A stretch of 64,000 nucleotides of DNA from Elusimicrobiota bacterium (GTDB lineage Bacteria > CG03 > SLGR01 > JAFGSA01), in NCBI GenBank assembly GCA_016934855.1, contig JAFGSA010000024.1, positions 44,472-108,471 on the forward strand, in the 5' to 3' direction. The notes under the pieces are model-generated. The model saw nothing but the letters and a program-made list of their open reading frames with translations, ran no database searches and was not told the origin of the DNA. How positions within the stretch are numbered: the stretch's first letter is position 1; the number at the start of each line of letters is the position of its first letter. The position numbers and the translations under genes were made by a program. Of this stretch, positions 10,459 through 18,971 are shown piece after piece.

Positions 10459-11758
10459 AATTTTCTTCTCCGGACATGTCCCTGCATATGCCTATCAGAT
10501 CTATTATTATCTTCGTATTCAGCTTTTCCCTGTTCTTATCGATGTAGTCGGCAAAATATTTCTCTTTATTCACGATAACGACAATTTCTGATTCTTCTAT
10601 CAACTCGTCTATCGAACCAGTCAGTGCTTCCGTAATATGCGGGAACTTGTTAAAAAGATATTCCTTGTTCTTTCCTATGAGCTTTGAGAGGTTGATATTC
10701 GAATCGTATATGCAGACATTATACCCTTTCCCTATAAAATATTCGCCAACCTCCAGCGCGGGACTGAACCTCAGGTCATCTGTCCCCTGCTTAAAGCTGA
10801 TACCGAGAAACCCTATCTTACGTTTGTTTTTTTCCTGTATCGTCTTCTCAACCATTTCCATATGCTTTTTATTGCTAGCCGATATACCCTCGATAACCGG
10901 TACTCCCACCCTCGAATCCAGTGCCATGGAATTCAGAGCATTAAGGTCTTTGGGAAGGCATGAGCCGCCATACGCAAATCCCGGCTTAAAATATGCCTCT
11001 GAAATATTCAGCGCCTTGTCTTTACAGAATATCTCCATGACCTCGAAACTGTCAACGCCGAGTTTTTTGCATATGCGCCCTATTTCATTTGCGAAACTAA
11101 CTTTCAAAGCGTGATAAGTATTGTTCACGAATTTAATGATCTCGGCGACTTTAACATCCGCGCGTATTATCTCGGCCTTTATAGGCCGGTAGAGTTTCTC
11201 GATTATCTTCAGACCTTTGGCACTTGTGCCGGCTATCAGTATATAAGGCGGGTTAAAAAAATCATCAACGGCACTGCCTTCTCTCAGAAATTCGGGATTC
11301 GAAACGACCGCAAAATCCTTATCGTGTTTTTTCGCGCTGGATGCTTCTATTATCTGAACTATCTTCGCGTTTGTCCCGGGCATCACCGTACTCCTGACCG
11401 CAATCACGTGAAAGGCCTCTTTTTTCTTCATTGCCTTCCCTATGTCTTCCGCGACCTTGTATATATGCTCCATATCCAGGTTGCCCTTCTCATTATTAGG
11501 AGTTCCAACGCAGATAAAGGACAACTCGCTGTCAGCCACGGCTTTTTCGGGATCCAGGGTAGCCCTTATCAATCCTTTCTTTCTCGCCCTGGCGATCAGC
11601 AAGTCTATATCCTTTTCTACTACGGTAGGAGTGCCTGCGTTGATAAGTTTCACTTTGTCCGCTGCCACATCCACGCCGGTCACGCTATGCCCCATATCCG
11701 CAAGACAACCCATTCCCACGCATCCTACATAACCTAAACCGAATATTGATATCTTCAT
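10439..11758 (-). CDS. algD: GDP-mannose 6-dehydrogenase (AlgD-like nucleotide sugar dehydrogenase)
   Basis: IFGLGYVG, NPEFLREG, PGFAYGGSCLPKD and AlgD-like C-terminus YEGLCW. Confidence 0.85.
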   Translation of the reverse strand: MKISIFGLGYVGCVGMGCLADMGHSVTGVDVAADKVKLINAGTPTVVEKDIDLLIARARKKGLIRATLDPEKAVADSELSFICVGTPNNEKGNLDMEHIYKVAEDIGKAMKKKEAFHVIAVRSTVMPGTNAKIVQIIEASSAKKHDKDFAVVSNPEFLREGSAVDDFFNPPYILIAGTSAKGLKIIEKLYRPIKAEIIRADVKVAEIIKFVNNTYHALKVSFANEIGRICKKLGVDSFEVMEIFCKDKALNISEAYFKPGFAYGGSCLPKDLNALNSMALDSRVGVPVIEGISASNKKHMEMVEKTIQEKNKRKIGFLGISFKQGTDDLRFSPALEVGEYFIGKGYNVCIYDSNINLSKLIGKNKEYLFNKFPHITEALTGSIDELIEESEIVVIVNKEKYFADYIDKNREKLNTKIIIDLIGICRDMSGEENYEGLCW

Positions 11759-11792
11759 AATATTATATCCTTTTTATATATACTGCCTTTTT

Positions 11793-12566
11793 TCATTGTT
11801 TACCAGAATATTCCCTTACTCCGCCGATAAACCTTATCGCCATGACAGATGTATATAGCGCGATTATCACAAAAGACATTTCGCGCAGCCGGCTGGATGA
11901 CGATTCGCTGTTCATCAGCGCGATAATGAGAGGAAGTATTATAAAATGCATTGTGTCGCTTTTAAAAAGTTTAACATAGAGATTTACCATCAGCACTAAG
12001 ATTGATTCGGACCGGGTTTCATCAGTATCCTTTCCCGTATCGAGAAAAAGGCTGAAGAATTTCCTTTTCGCGGTTATCGGTGCTGTTTCCGATTTTTTTT
12101 CCTTAAGGGCGCACCCGAATTGGTGTATGACCCATTCAAGAAATACGGTATAGGGAATCATGAACAGGTTACCGGAGAAATAACCGAAAAGAGCCAATAT
12201 CATTCCTGCCCTGACAGGCCTGTCGCTGAACGAATCAAGTTTTTCACCCAGAAGAGACGGTTTCTCCTGCGCTCGCGCTATAGCGCCATCCGCATAATCA
12301 AGTACTTTAATAAATAATAAAAGCCCCACGGCCGCCAGCCTTAATGCAAAATATTCATTTCCAGCCAGGGTGAGCAGATAAAAACAGCCCAGCATTATAA
12401 TCACTCTTAATATAGAAACAGCATTGGCAGATAATCCTATCCTATAAAAGATAAATCCCAGCACAAGCCCGACGGGCCTGTATAACAGGGATATGAATGT
12501 ATAATTTCTGTCTTCATCCCGTTTGCTCTGGGGATATGCTTTTATTTTGAATTCTGAGTAATTCAC
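11793..12566 (-). CDS. CDP-alcohol phosphotransferase family protein
   Basis: Complete signature DYADGAIAR...GEKLDSFSD; SANAVS helix. Confidence 0.85.
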   Translation of the reverse strand: MNYSEFKIKAYPQSKRDEDRNYTFISLLYRPVGLVLGFIFYRIGLSANAVSILRVIIMLGCFYLLTLAGNEYFALRLAAVGLLLFIKVLDYADGAIARAQEKPSLLGEKLDSFSDRPVRAGMILALFGYFSGNLFMIPYTVFLEWVIHQFGCALKEKKSETAPITAKRKFFSLFLDTGKDTDETRSESILVLMVNLYVKLFKSDTMHFIILPLIIALMNSESSSSRLREMSFVIIALYTSVMAIRFIGGVREYSGKQ

Positions 12567-13243
12567 GGCAAGCTGTCCTCTGGTTTTTTTGCTCTCAGCA
12601 CAATGGAATTGACCAAGTAGAGTGCAGAACTCAACAAGATCATTGTCGTCACACGCGCTATTAATGGCCCGATTATAAATATCATGAAGTTTTCTTCGTA
12701 CGGAGAGAAAAGATACATGATCCTTTTTACACTGAAAAAGCCGGGCCTCTTTTCTGCCGGGAGCTCATCCATAGCAGGGAAATCCGTCGTGCTTGGCGGT
12801 TTTATCCTTAATATCTTTTTTATAAGAAAATGATTGCCGTAGTGTACCGCAAATAGCATGATGCCAAGTACTGTATGACCCTTTATGAAATAGAAAGAAT
12901 AAAATACTCCCAGAACTACCAGCAATTTGCCGTACGCATTCACCAGATGGTCCAGTTTCGCCCCGAGTTTCGACGGCTGCTCCCTCATCCTGGCCAGCTT
13001 GCCGTCCGTAAAATCCAGGATTATGGCAATATAGAAACACATTGAACCGGCCAGATACTTTCCGATCATAAATGAATATGACGAAAAACAATAAGAACAA
13101 AATCCCAGAACTGTAACCAGGTTAGGATGTATGAAACGCAGTTTATAGAATATTACGGCAAGCGCCATGGAAGGCGGTTCTATCAAATAAAGCGGAAACA
13201 GCCAGGTTCTTGCTCTGCTGCTCTTTATTATCCGGTCTTTCAT
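12563..13243 (-). CDS. CDP-alcohol phosphotransferase family protein
   Basis: HPNLVT and DFTDGKLAR...GAKLDHLVN. Start moved to ATG 13243 (TAATG overlap with upstream stop). Confidence 0.85.
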   Translation of the reverse strand: MKDRIIKSSRARTWLFPLYLIEPPSMALAVIFYKLRFIHPNLVTVLGFCSYCFSSYSFMIGKYLAGSMCFYIAIILDFTDGKLARMREQPSKLGAKLDHLVNAYGKLLVVLGVFYSFYFIKGHTVLGIMLFAVHYGNHFLIKKILRIKPPSTTDFPAMDELPAEKRPGFFSVKRIMYLFSPYEENFMIFIIGPLIARVTTMILLSSALYLVNSIVLRAKKPEDSLP

Positions 13244-14328
13244 TATTCTCCCCTCCTGCCGTTTTTTTCTAATACCCATTTTATGCAATTCATGAATCCG
13301 GCGGACATATTTCTGATGTTTCCCTTTTCTTCCATAGTCCTTTTCGCTTCTTCCGAAAATTTTCTATAGACCTCATCATCATGGAGAAGATACTCTATCT
13401 TCTCTCTTAACCCCGATATATCTCCCCTGGGGACCATGAACCCGTTCTTGCCCTCTTCCAGATAGAATATCTCAGGACCGTGCCAGACATCCTCGGTGAC
13501 CGTGGGGAGGCCCCAGTAGAAAGCCTGGTTTATGCCCAGTCCGTTCGCGCCAGGTATACTGAACACATCCGACATCTTGAATATCTCGTTTACCGCGTCA
13601 GGTTCGAATATAGCGCCCATATACTTCACGTTATTCATACCTTTTATCTTATCAAGCTGATCTTCCCTGATATCCGGACCCACTATTACCAATCCTATAT
13701 TATTATCTATATTTTCGAAAGCTTCTATAAGATCATCGAGCCTTTTCCTGGGCTGTATGCGCCCGACAAAAAGCACTATCTTGTCGAACTGTATTCCGTA
13801 TTTCCTGCGCAGATCCTTTTTACCCGCGGTGATTTCCGGTATCGTATCAAAATTCAACGTATTGGGAGCGATGAATATCCTGTCATGGTTCTTCTTTTTT
13901 ATGTACTTTTTCTCATTAGGCGAAAATAGGATTATTCCGTCGGATAAATTATGAAGATGCCTGAAGAATAGGTTCTTGCAAATACTATCCCTGTCCTGCA
14001 GGTTAATGCCGTGCTTCCAAATGACACAAGGTATTCTTTTTATTTTAAGCCAGTATATCAGCGGAAAAAGAACTGTATCTTTAAGATGAAGACCGAACAT
14101 CACGGCTGAAGGAGACTCCTTCTTTACCAGTGAAATACATGAACTAAGGTTCAGCTTTGTCTCGATGCATCTGAATTTTATTTCACTCTTCTGGTCATTG
14201 AATACTTTTCCCTTAGGGACTACCAGGATCAGCTCGTAACCCGCCTTTTTCGCGTCTTCCGCCAGGTAATTATTGATAGGGATGCGGTAATGCCTTATCT
14301 TATTTACAACGTACAATATCTTCTTCAT
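13243..14328 (-). CDS. Glycosyltransferase family 4
   Basis: LFVGRIQPRKRLD, DVFSIPGANGLGINQAFYWGLP, NGFMV. Confidence 0.85.
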   Translation of the reverse strand: MKKILYVVNKIRHYRIPINNYLAEDAKKAGYELILVVPKGKVFNDQKSEIKFRCIETKLNLSSCISLVKKESPSAVMFGLHLKDTVLFPLIYWLKIKRIPCVIWKHGINLQDRDSICKNLFFRHLHNLSDGIILFSPNEKKYIKKKNHDRIFIAPNTLNFDTIPEITAGKKDLRRKYGIQFDKIVLFVGRIQPRKRLDDLIEAFENIDNNIGLVIVGPDIREDQLDKIKGMNNVKYMGAIFEPDAVNEIFKMSDVFSIPGANGLGINQAFYWGLPTVTEDVWHGPEIFYLEEGKNGFMVPRGDISGLREKIEYLLHDDEVYRKFSEEAKRTMEEKGNIRNMSAGFMNCIKWVLEKNGRRGE

Positions 14329-15686
14329 ACTGCTTCCTCTTTTTCAAGTTTCGCCGCTGCCACTACCGATATAGCTATCGGCAGCGTTGCCTCGAGATAA
14401 CTTAAATAGCTCCCGGTCAGGCACATTATTAACAGTGCCAATAATTCCGAAAACACGGTCAGGTAAAGCGCATGCATACGGTTCGATCTGCTTCGGAAAA
14501 ATAGCGACTTTCTAAAAGCCGACAACATCATGGCGCCGAGCAGGACCAGCAGCGCGGCTACCGATATCACTCCTCCCACGCTGAGAAGTTCTATAAAATA
14601 ATTATCCCCTTGCCTGTCGTCTCCGTAACCGACGCCGAAAAGAATCTTCGGAACACTTCTCTTCCTTACGGTTTCCAATATAAGTCTCCAGGTACTGTAT
14701 CTTACCGACATTCCTTTCACATCTTTTATACTGAAACCGGTTCCGTTTTCCACATCTGCGCGGCCGGACGCGCCTTCTTCCTCCTTTACAACCATATTAT
14801 TCCTGGATACGGTTAATTTCTTTTTAACTCTGTCTGCTATCTTTTCACTGTAAAAAGTGCTCAGTATCAAAACTCCCGCAATTAATATCATTCCCTGCTT
14901 CAATATGGCGGCTGAATTTTTATCCCTTTTCTGTATTATAAGCAGGCTCATACAACCTGCCGCGCATGATAAGATAGACGTTATTGATAGCGACACTATC
15001 AATCCGACAAATATGACAAGTTCCAGGATATATATTTTTACTTTCTTACCTTTCATTAACGGCGCCATCCCGAGAATGTATATCATCGCCATGCTCATAT
15101 ATGCCCCGAAAGTGTTGCCCGTTTCTCCGAAAAATGCGGGTACCTTCCTGTGACTTATGAAATTTGTAAGATGCGGCGTGCCGTAGATATAGTATTTTTC
15201 CGCAATCTTCCAAAGGATATCTATATCAAGCGCCTGGCCTATTCCGACTGCCGCCGCTATGATAACCCCGACAAGATAGGCGGTTGTAATATTTTTCAAA
15301 TCTTCTATTTCGGCCATGAACCAATACATGAACACCGCGATAAAGACCACCTGCATGAACCTCAATCCTTCCGTTATTCTTCCGGGATTAGGCGAATCTC
15401 CGAAGATGAATGCAGATACTGTAGGAAAGAACGAAGCCGTTATGAATACGGATACGAATAAAATAAACAGCCCGTTTACATCCCTTATCCTGATTTTCAG
15501 TCTTCCTATACCGAATAGCCCCGCGAAGAAGATAATCATAAAGAATATATTATCGATCCCGATCTTGCCGTATACCTTGCATGTCAGCCGGTCTATCAGC
15601 GGCAATATCGCAAGATATACCAGGAATATATTAAATGCTATCTTTTTTATATTTATCTTTTCCGATATTTTTAATATTCCATTCAT
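14325..15686 (-). CDS. Wzy-like polysaccharide polymerase / O-antigen ligase-like membrane protein
   Basis: Polytopic with a large loop; FGVGYG...DNYFIELLSVGG; paralog of 27095..28348. Confidence 0.7.
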   Translation of the reverse strand: MNGILKISEKINIKKIAFNIFLVYLAILPLIDRLTCKVYGKIGIDNIFFMIIFFAGLFGIGRLKIRIRDVNGLFILFVSVFITASFFPTVSAFIFGDSPNPGRITEGLRFMQVVFIAVFMYWFMAEIEDLKNITTAYLVGVIIAAAVGIGQALDIDILWKIAEKYYIYGTPHLTNFISHRKVPAFFGETGNTFGAYMSMAMIYILGMAPLMKGKKVKIYILELVIFVGLIVSLSITSILSCAAGCMSLLIIQKRDKNSAAILKQGMILIAGVLILSTFYSEKIADRVKKKLTVSRNNMVVKEEEGASGRADVENGTGFSIKDVKGMSVRYSTWRLILETVRKRSVPKILFGVGYGDDRQGDNYFIELLSVGGVISVAALLVLLGAMMLSAFRKSLFFRSRSNRMHALYLTVFSELLALLIMCLTGSYLSYLEATLPIAISVVAAAKLEKEEAV

Positions 15687-15693
15687 TTTTTCC

Positions 15694-16815
15694 TTATCCT
15701 GCCGTGCCGTTTATCATTTCAGCGTATTCATCCACCACTGTTTCGGCCCTGTATTCTCCGGATTTTTTTTTGTTCTCTCTTGAGAATCTTTCACTCAGAG
15801 CGCGGTCGGAAAGAAGCCGGCATATAGCATCCGCAAGCGCCTGCGGATCTTCTTTCGGAACTATAAACCCGTTTTCACCGTCCCGGATCAACTCGTGAAC
15901 CGATTCCGAATATTCAGTAGAAATTACCGGTTTGCCGCAGGCCATCGCTTCCAGGAGCACGTTCGGGAGCCCCTCCCACAATGATGAAAGAACGAATATC
16001 TCAGAACCTTTTATATAGCTATATACGTTTTCCTTGAAACCCGGCAGATCTATACTGCCCTGCAACTTGAACCGCTCTATCATTGCGGAAAGCTTTTCCC
16101 TAAGGCCGCCTTCGCCGAGTATTATCAGCCTGCATTCTGTCTTTTTCACTACTTTTGAAAAAGCCTCGATCAGGTATTCAAAGCCTTTTGCCTTCTTGAG
16201 CTTACCCGCGGCGATGACTATGGGAACACCTTCGCCGTACCAGGGGTGAACCGGCGGTTCCGCCGACAAGGTGTCTATCCTGTCTATTTCCAGGGGATTT
16301 TTCACCACTTTTATCCTGTCTTCGGATACATTAAACGCATTTACCATCTCGTCTTTTGCAGATCGCGAATTAGTGATGACAAGGTCCGCATAATTATATA
16401 CGAACCTGTGTATCCCGTATCTGAGGAAGAACAGCCCCTGTAGTCTTATTTTCACCAGTATAAGGTTCCTCACATTGGCAATGAATTTCGCGGATGATCC
16501 GGTGATCTTTTTTGCCAGAGCCGTTACTGTATTGCCGCTCCCCATAAAACTGACCAGAATATCCGGGTTCTCATTTTTTATTACGCCGCACATCCTTAAA
16601 ACAAGGCCCGGGAAAGAAAAAAACGGCTTTCTTTTCTTAAAATCATATATTTTTATGTCGCCCATAAACTCATCAATTCGGCTGCCTTGGGCCTGCAGGA
16701 GCACGAGTACGGGATCGAACCTCTCCCTGTCAAGATATTTCAATATGAGTAAAATCACCTTTTCAGCGCCGCCGGGCCTTAGCGAGTTCACAACAAAAAT
16801 GACCTTTTTTTTCAT
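15694..16815 (-). CDS. Glycosyltransferase family 4 (PglJ/WabH-like)
   Basis: GGAEKV, FVLSSLWEGLPNVLLEAMACGKPVI. Confidence 0.92.
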   Translation of the reverse strand: MKKKVIFVVNSLRPGGAEKVILLILKYLDRERFDPVLVLLQAQGSRIDEFMGDIKIYDFKKRKPFFSFPGLVLRMCGVIKNENPDILVSFMGSGNTVTALAKKITGSSAKFIANVRNLILVKIRLQGLFFLRYGIHRFVYNYADLVITNSRSAKDEMVNAFNVSEDRIKVVKNPLEIDRIDTLSAEPPVHPWYGEGVPIVIAAGKLKKAKGFEYLIEAFSKVVKKTECRLIILGEGGLREKLSAMIERFKLQGSIDLPGFKENVYSYIKGSEIFVLSSLWEGLPNVLLEAMACGKPVISTEYSESVHELIRDGENGFIVPKEDPQALADAICRLLSDRALSERFSRENKKKSGEYRAETVVDEYAEMINGTAG

Positions 16816-16848
16816 AAATAAATATGGAATTTTTATTAATAATATACG

Positions 16849-17637
16849 CTATTTCACACTATCTTGCAACCTGCCCAGCACCTCTCCCCGCATGCTTTTC
16901 AAGAACACGATAAACCCGAGCAGCGCATGCAAATACAGATATAAACGCATGTAAAGTATAATCCCGTATGCCGCATCATACTTTTCTATAACAGAAAATA
17001 CGATGAGCAGTACCGCTATATTGTCTTCCCTGCACAATATCTGCAGGCCGGTAACCGCCCTTTTCACATAACGGTTATTTATCCTGAAATATACCGCTTC
17101 CTTAAGGCTCCTCAGCTCCGGGCTCACTTTGAATACTATTGCCTTATAGCTGGACCTCGTATATCGCAGGTATATACCCAGTAGAGCTGTTGCCGAACCG
17201 ATGGCCAGGGGATGAAGTCCGTTTCCCCGTAAAGCCATGCCGATACCGACAAGGAACCAGCAGAGCCTGTATATAAAATGATACTGCGAATCGAGGAAAA
17301 CCCCCCTGAGGCTGAATATGTTTTTTATTCGCGCCAGTTCTCCGTCGACTTTATCGAGCACGATCGACAGATACAGCAATACAGCGCCGGCTAGATAAGC
17401 GCCCCTGAATAACATTACAAGACCGGCAATACATACGGCTAATACCGCGTAAGATACCGTGTCGGGTTTTGTGCCCGGGAAAACCCTCAGAATAAACCAC
17501 GTAATATATGGCGAAATCAGTCTGGGAACCCATCTTCCGTATTTAAATGTCATCTTCTGGATGACATTCTCATATTTAAGCCTTTTCGCCTTTTGTCCGA
17601 GCTCCCTGACCTGCTTCAACGTATAAAATTGACTCAT
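16849..17637 (-). CDS. CDP-alcohol phosphotransferase family protein
   Basis: KPDTVS and DKVDGELAR...GVFLDSQYH. ATG 17637 overlaps the RtcB-like stop; alternative start 17646. Confidence 0.82.
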   Translation of the reverse strand: MSQFYTLKQVRELGQKAKRLKYENVIQKMTFKYGRWVPRLISPYITWFILRVFPGTKPDTVSYAVLAVCIAGLVMLFRGAYLAGAVLLYLSIVLDKVDGELARIKNIFSLRGVFLDSQYHFIYRLCWFLVGIGMALRGNGLHPLAIGSATALLGIYLRYTRSSYKAIVFKVSPELRSLKEAVYFRINNRYVKRAVTGLQILCREDNIAVLLIVFSVIEKYDAAYGIILYMRLYLYLHALLGFIVFLKSMRGEVLGRLQDSVK

Positions 17638-18971
17638 CTGTTCCATCTCCTGTTAAATGACACCAGCGGCAGCAGCTTAACCGAATCTTTTATTATCTTC
17701 TTCCCTATGTAGAAATCTATCACCCTGTCTCCATCATGCCGGGTGTAATGCGGAACCGTCAGGGTCTTAAAACCCCCGAACATCTTTATTTCGTGAACAA
17801 ATATCTCGGTAAACCTTCCCCTGTCATCTTCTTTCTTTCCCTCGAGGTATTTTCCCAGCCCGTGTTCGGCACTGTCCAGGCTTTCAGCGGAAGATTCTCC
17901 CGGAAGGACAAGATACGACGGATGGTCATTCATCCCCGATATAATAGACCACCTGTTCCTGTAGTATTTTACGACATTATGCCGGTAGATTATTTTGCCG
18001 TCTTCATGTCCGAAATCTATATCGTTGTGAGTTCCTTCCGCTACTGGAAGGAAATTCCCCGATATATCCTCGCCGAAAACTTCTTTTACCGCATTTCTAA
18101 GCCTCATATACAGACATGCGCGCCTCAGGGAACCGAGGTTCTTAAGTAATCCCACGGCCTCTTTTATAACATCATACATCTTCTCGTTAGCCCTTATGGG
18201 CCTGTAATAATCCCGCAGGATATACTCATCCGCCATATCCTTTCTTAACATAAACTCGAGCCTGTTGCCGCAAAGATGCGCCATGACGGCCAGTTCCCCG
18301 GCTTTCAGAGACTTATTATTCATTCCGGGACCTTGAACTTCCTGAAGTTCCAAAAAGTGGTTTCCGCCGAACGTGTTCCCGATAAAACCGTTGCTGTTAT
18401 ATTTCGCCCCGTTTTTCCAGACATCCGAGTAAAATTCCTTAAATTTCAAGGCACCTCCGGCATGATTACCATCGGCCTCAAAACTGCCTTCTACTGTCTG
18501 CGCGTCTTTCTCCTCCAGGTGCATCCTGAGATAACTGCCTATGCCGCCCGAATACGCTTTTTCCCACTCGTCCCTTCTTATCCCGTACCTGCCTTTTCTC
18601 CAGCCGCCCGGATTCAGCTTCTTGTAAAGGCGGCTCGCAAGAAAATCCTGCTTGAATATCTTCTTAAAAATAACCTTGAACCTGTGAATATTCTCCTGCG
18701 TCGCTTCAAGCCCCGTTCTGAACGCGATCATTCCGCAGCCTATTCCCCTGGACCGAAGCTGCGGATACAGCAAGTCATCCGTCGACCTGATCGCGACCCC
18801 AGAAGGCACGCTGCATTTATACCCGGCATCGACATATTTGGCCTTCATGCTGACGTCCGGGAAAACCGCGACCTTCTCCACGCCGGGAAGAAGTGCGATC
18901 TCGTCAAGATATGCGCTGATATTGTCGATATCCGTGCCAGGGATAAGACATTTTATTTTATCCGAGATCAT
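17634..18971 (-). CDS. Divergent RtcB-family protein (RNA ligase / guanylyltransferase fold)
   Basis: Colinear RtcB-like motifs: FPD, GIGCGM, GGNHFLELQ, VMAH, THN, SG....SYLV, SAEHGLG, LLPLV; 445 aa. Confidence 0.82.
   Translation of the reverse strand: MISDKIKCLIPGTDIDNISAYLDEIALLPGVEKVAVFPDVSMKAKYVDAGYKCSVPSGVAIRSTDDLLYPQLRSRGIGCGMIAFRTGLEATQENIHRFKVIFKKIFKQDFLASRLYKKLNPGGWRKGRYGIRRDEWEKAYSGGIGSYLRMHLEEKDAQTVEGSFEADGNHAGGALKFKEFYSDVWKNGAKYNSNGFIGNTFGGNHFLELQEVQGPGMNNKSLKAGELAVMAHLCGNRLEFMLRKDMADEYILRDYYRPIRANEKMYDVIKEAVGLLKNLGSLRRACLYMRLRNAVKEVFGEDISGNFLPVAEGTHNDIDFGHEDGKIIYRHNVVKYYRNRWSIISGMNDHPSYLVLPGESSAESLDSAEHGLGKYLEGKKEDDRGRFTEIFVHEIKMFGGFKTLTVPHYTRHDGDRVIDFYIGKKIIKDSVKLLPLVSFNRRWNR

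Noticed and set aside
10439-11758. Alginate biosynthesis operon
   Set aside because: Only algD-like and manC-like genes are present; no alg8, alg44, algK, algE or algG.
17634-18971. Standard RNA-repair operon or anti-phage RNA ligase
   Set aside because: No rtcA, rtcR, archease, Ro/TROVE, tRNA or toxin genes nearby; several conserved RtcB residues are changed; the gene is coupled to glycan genes. Not formally excluded.
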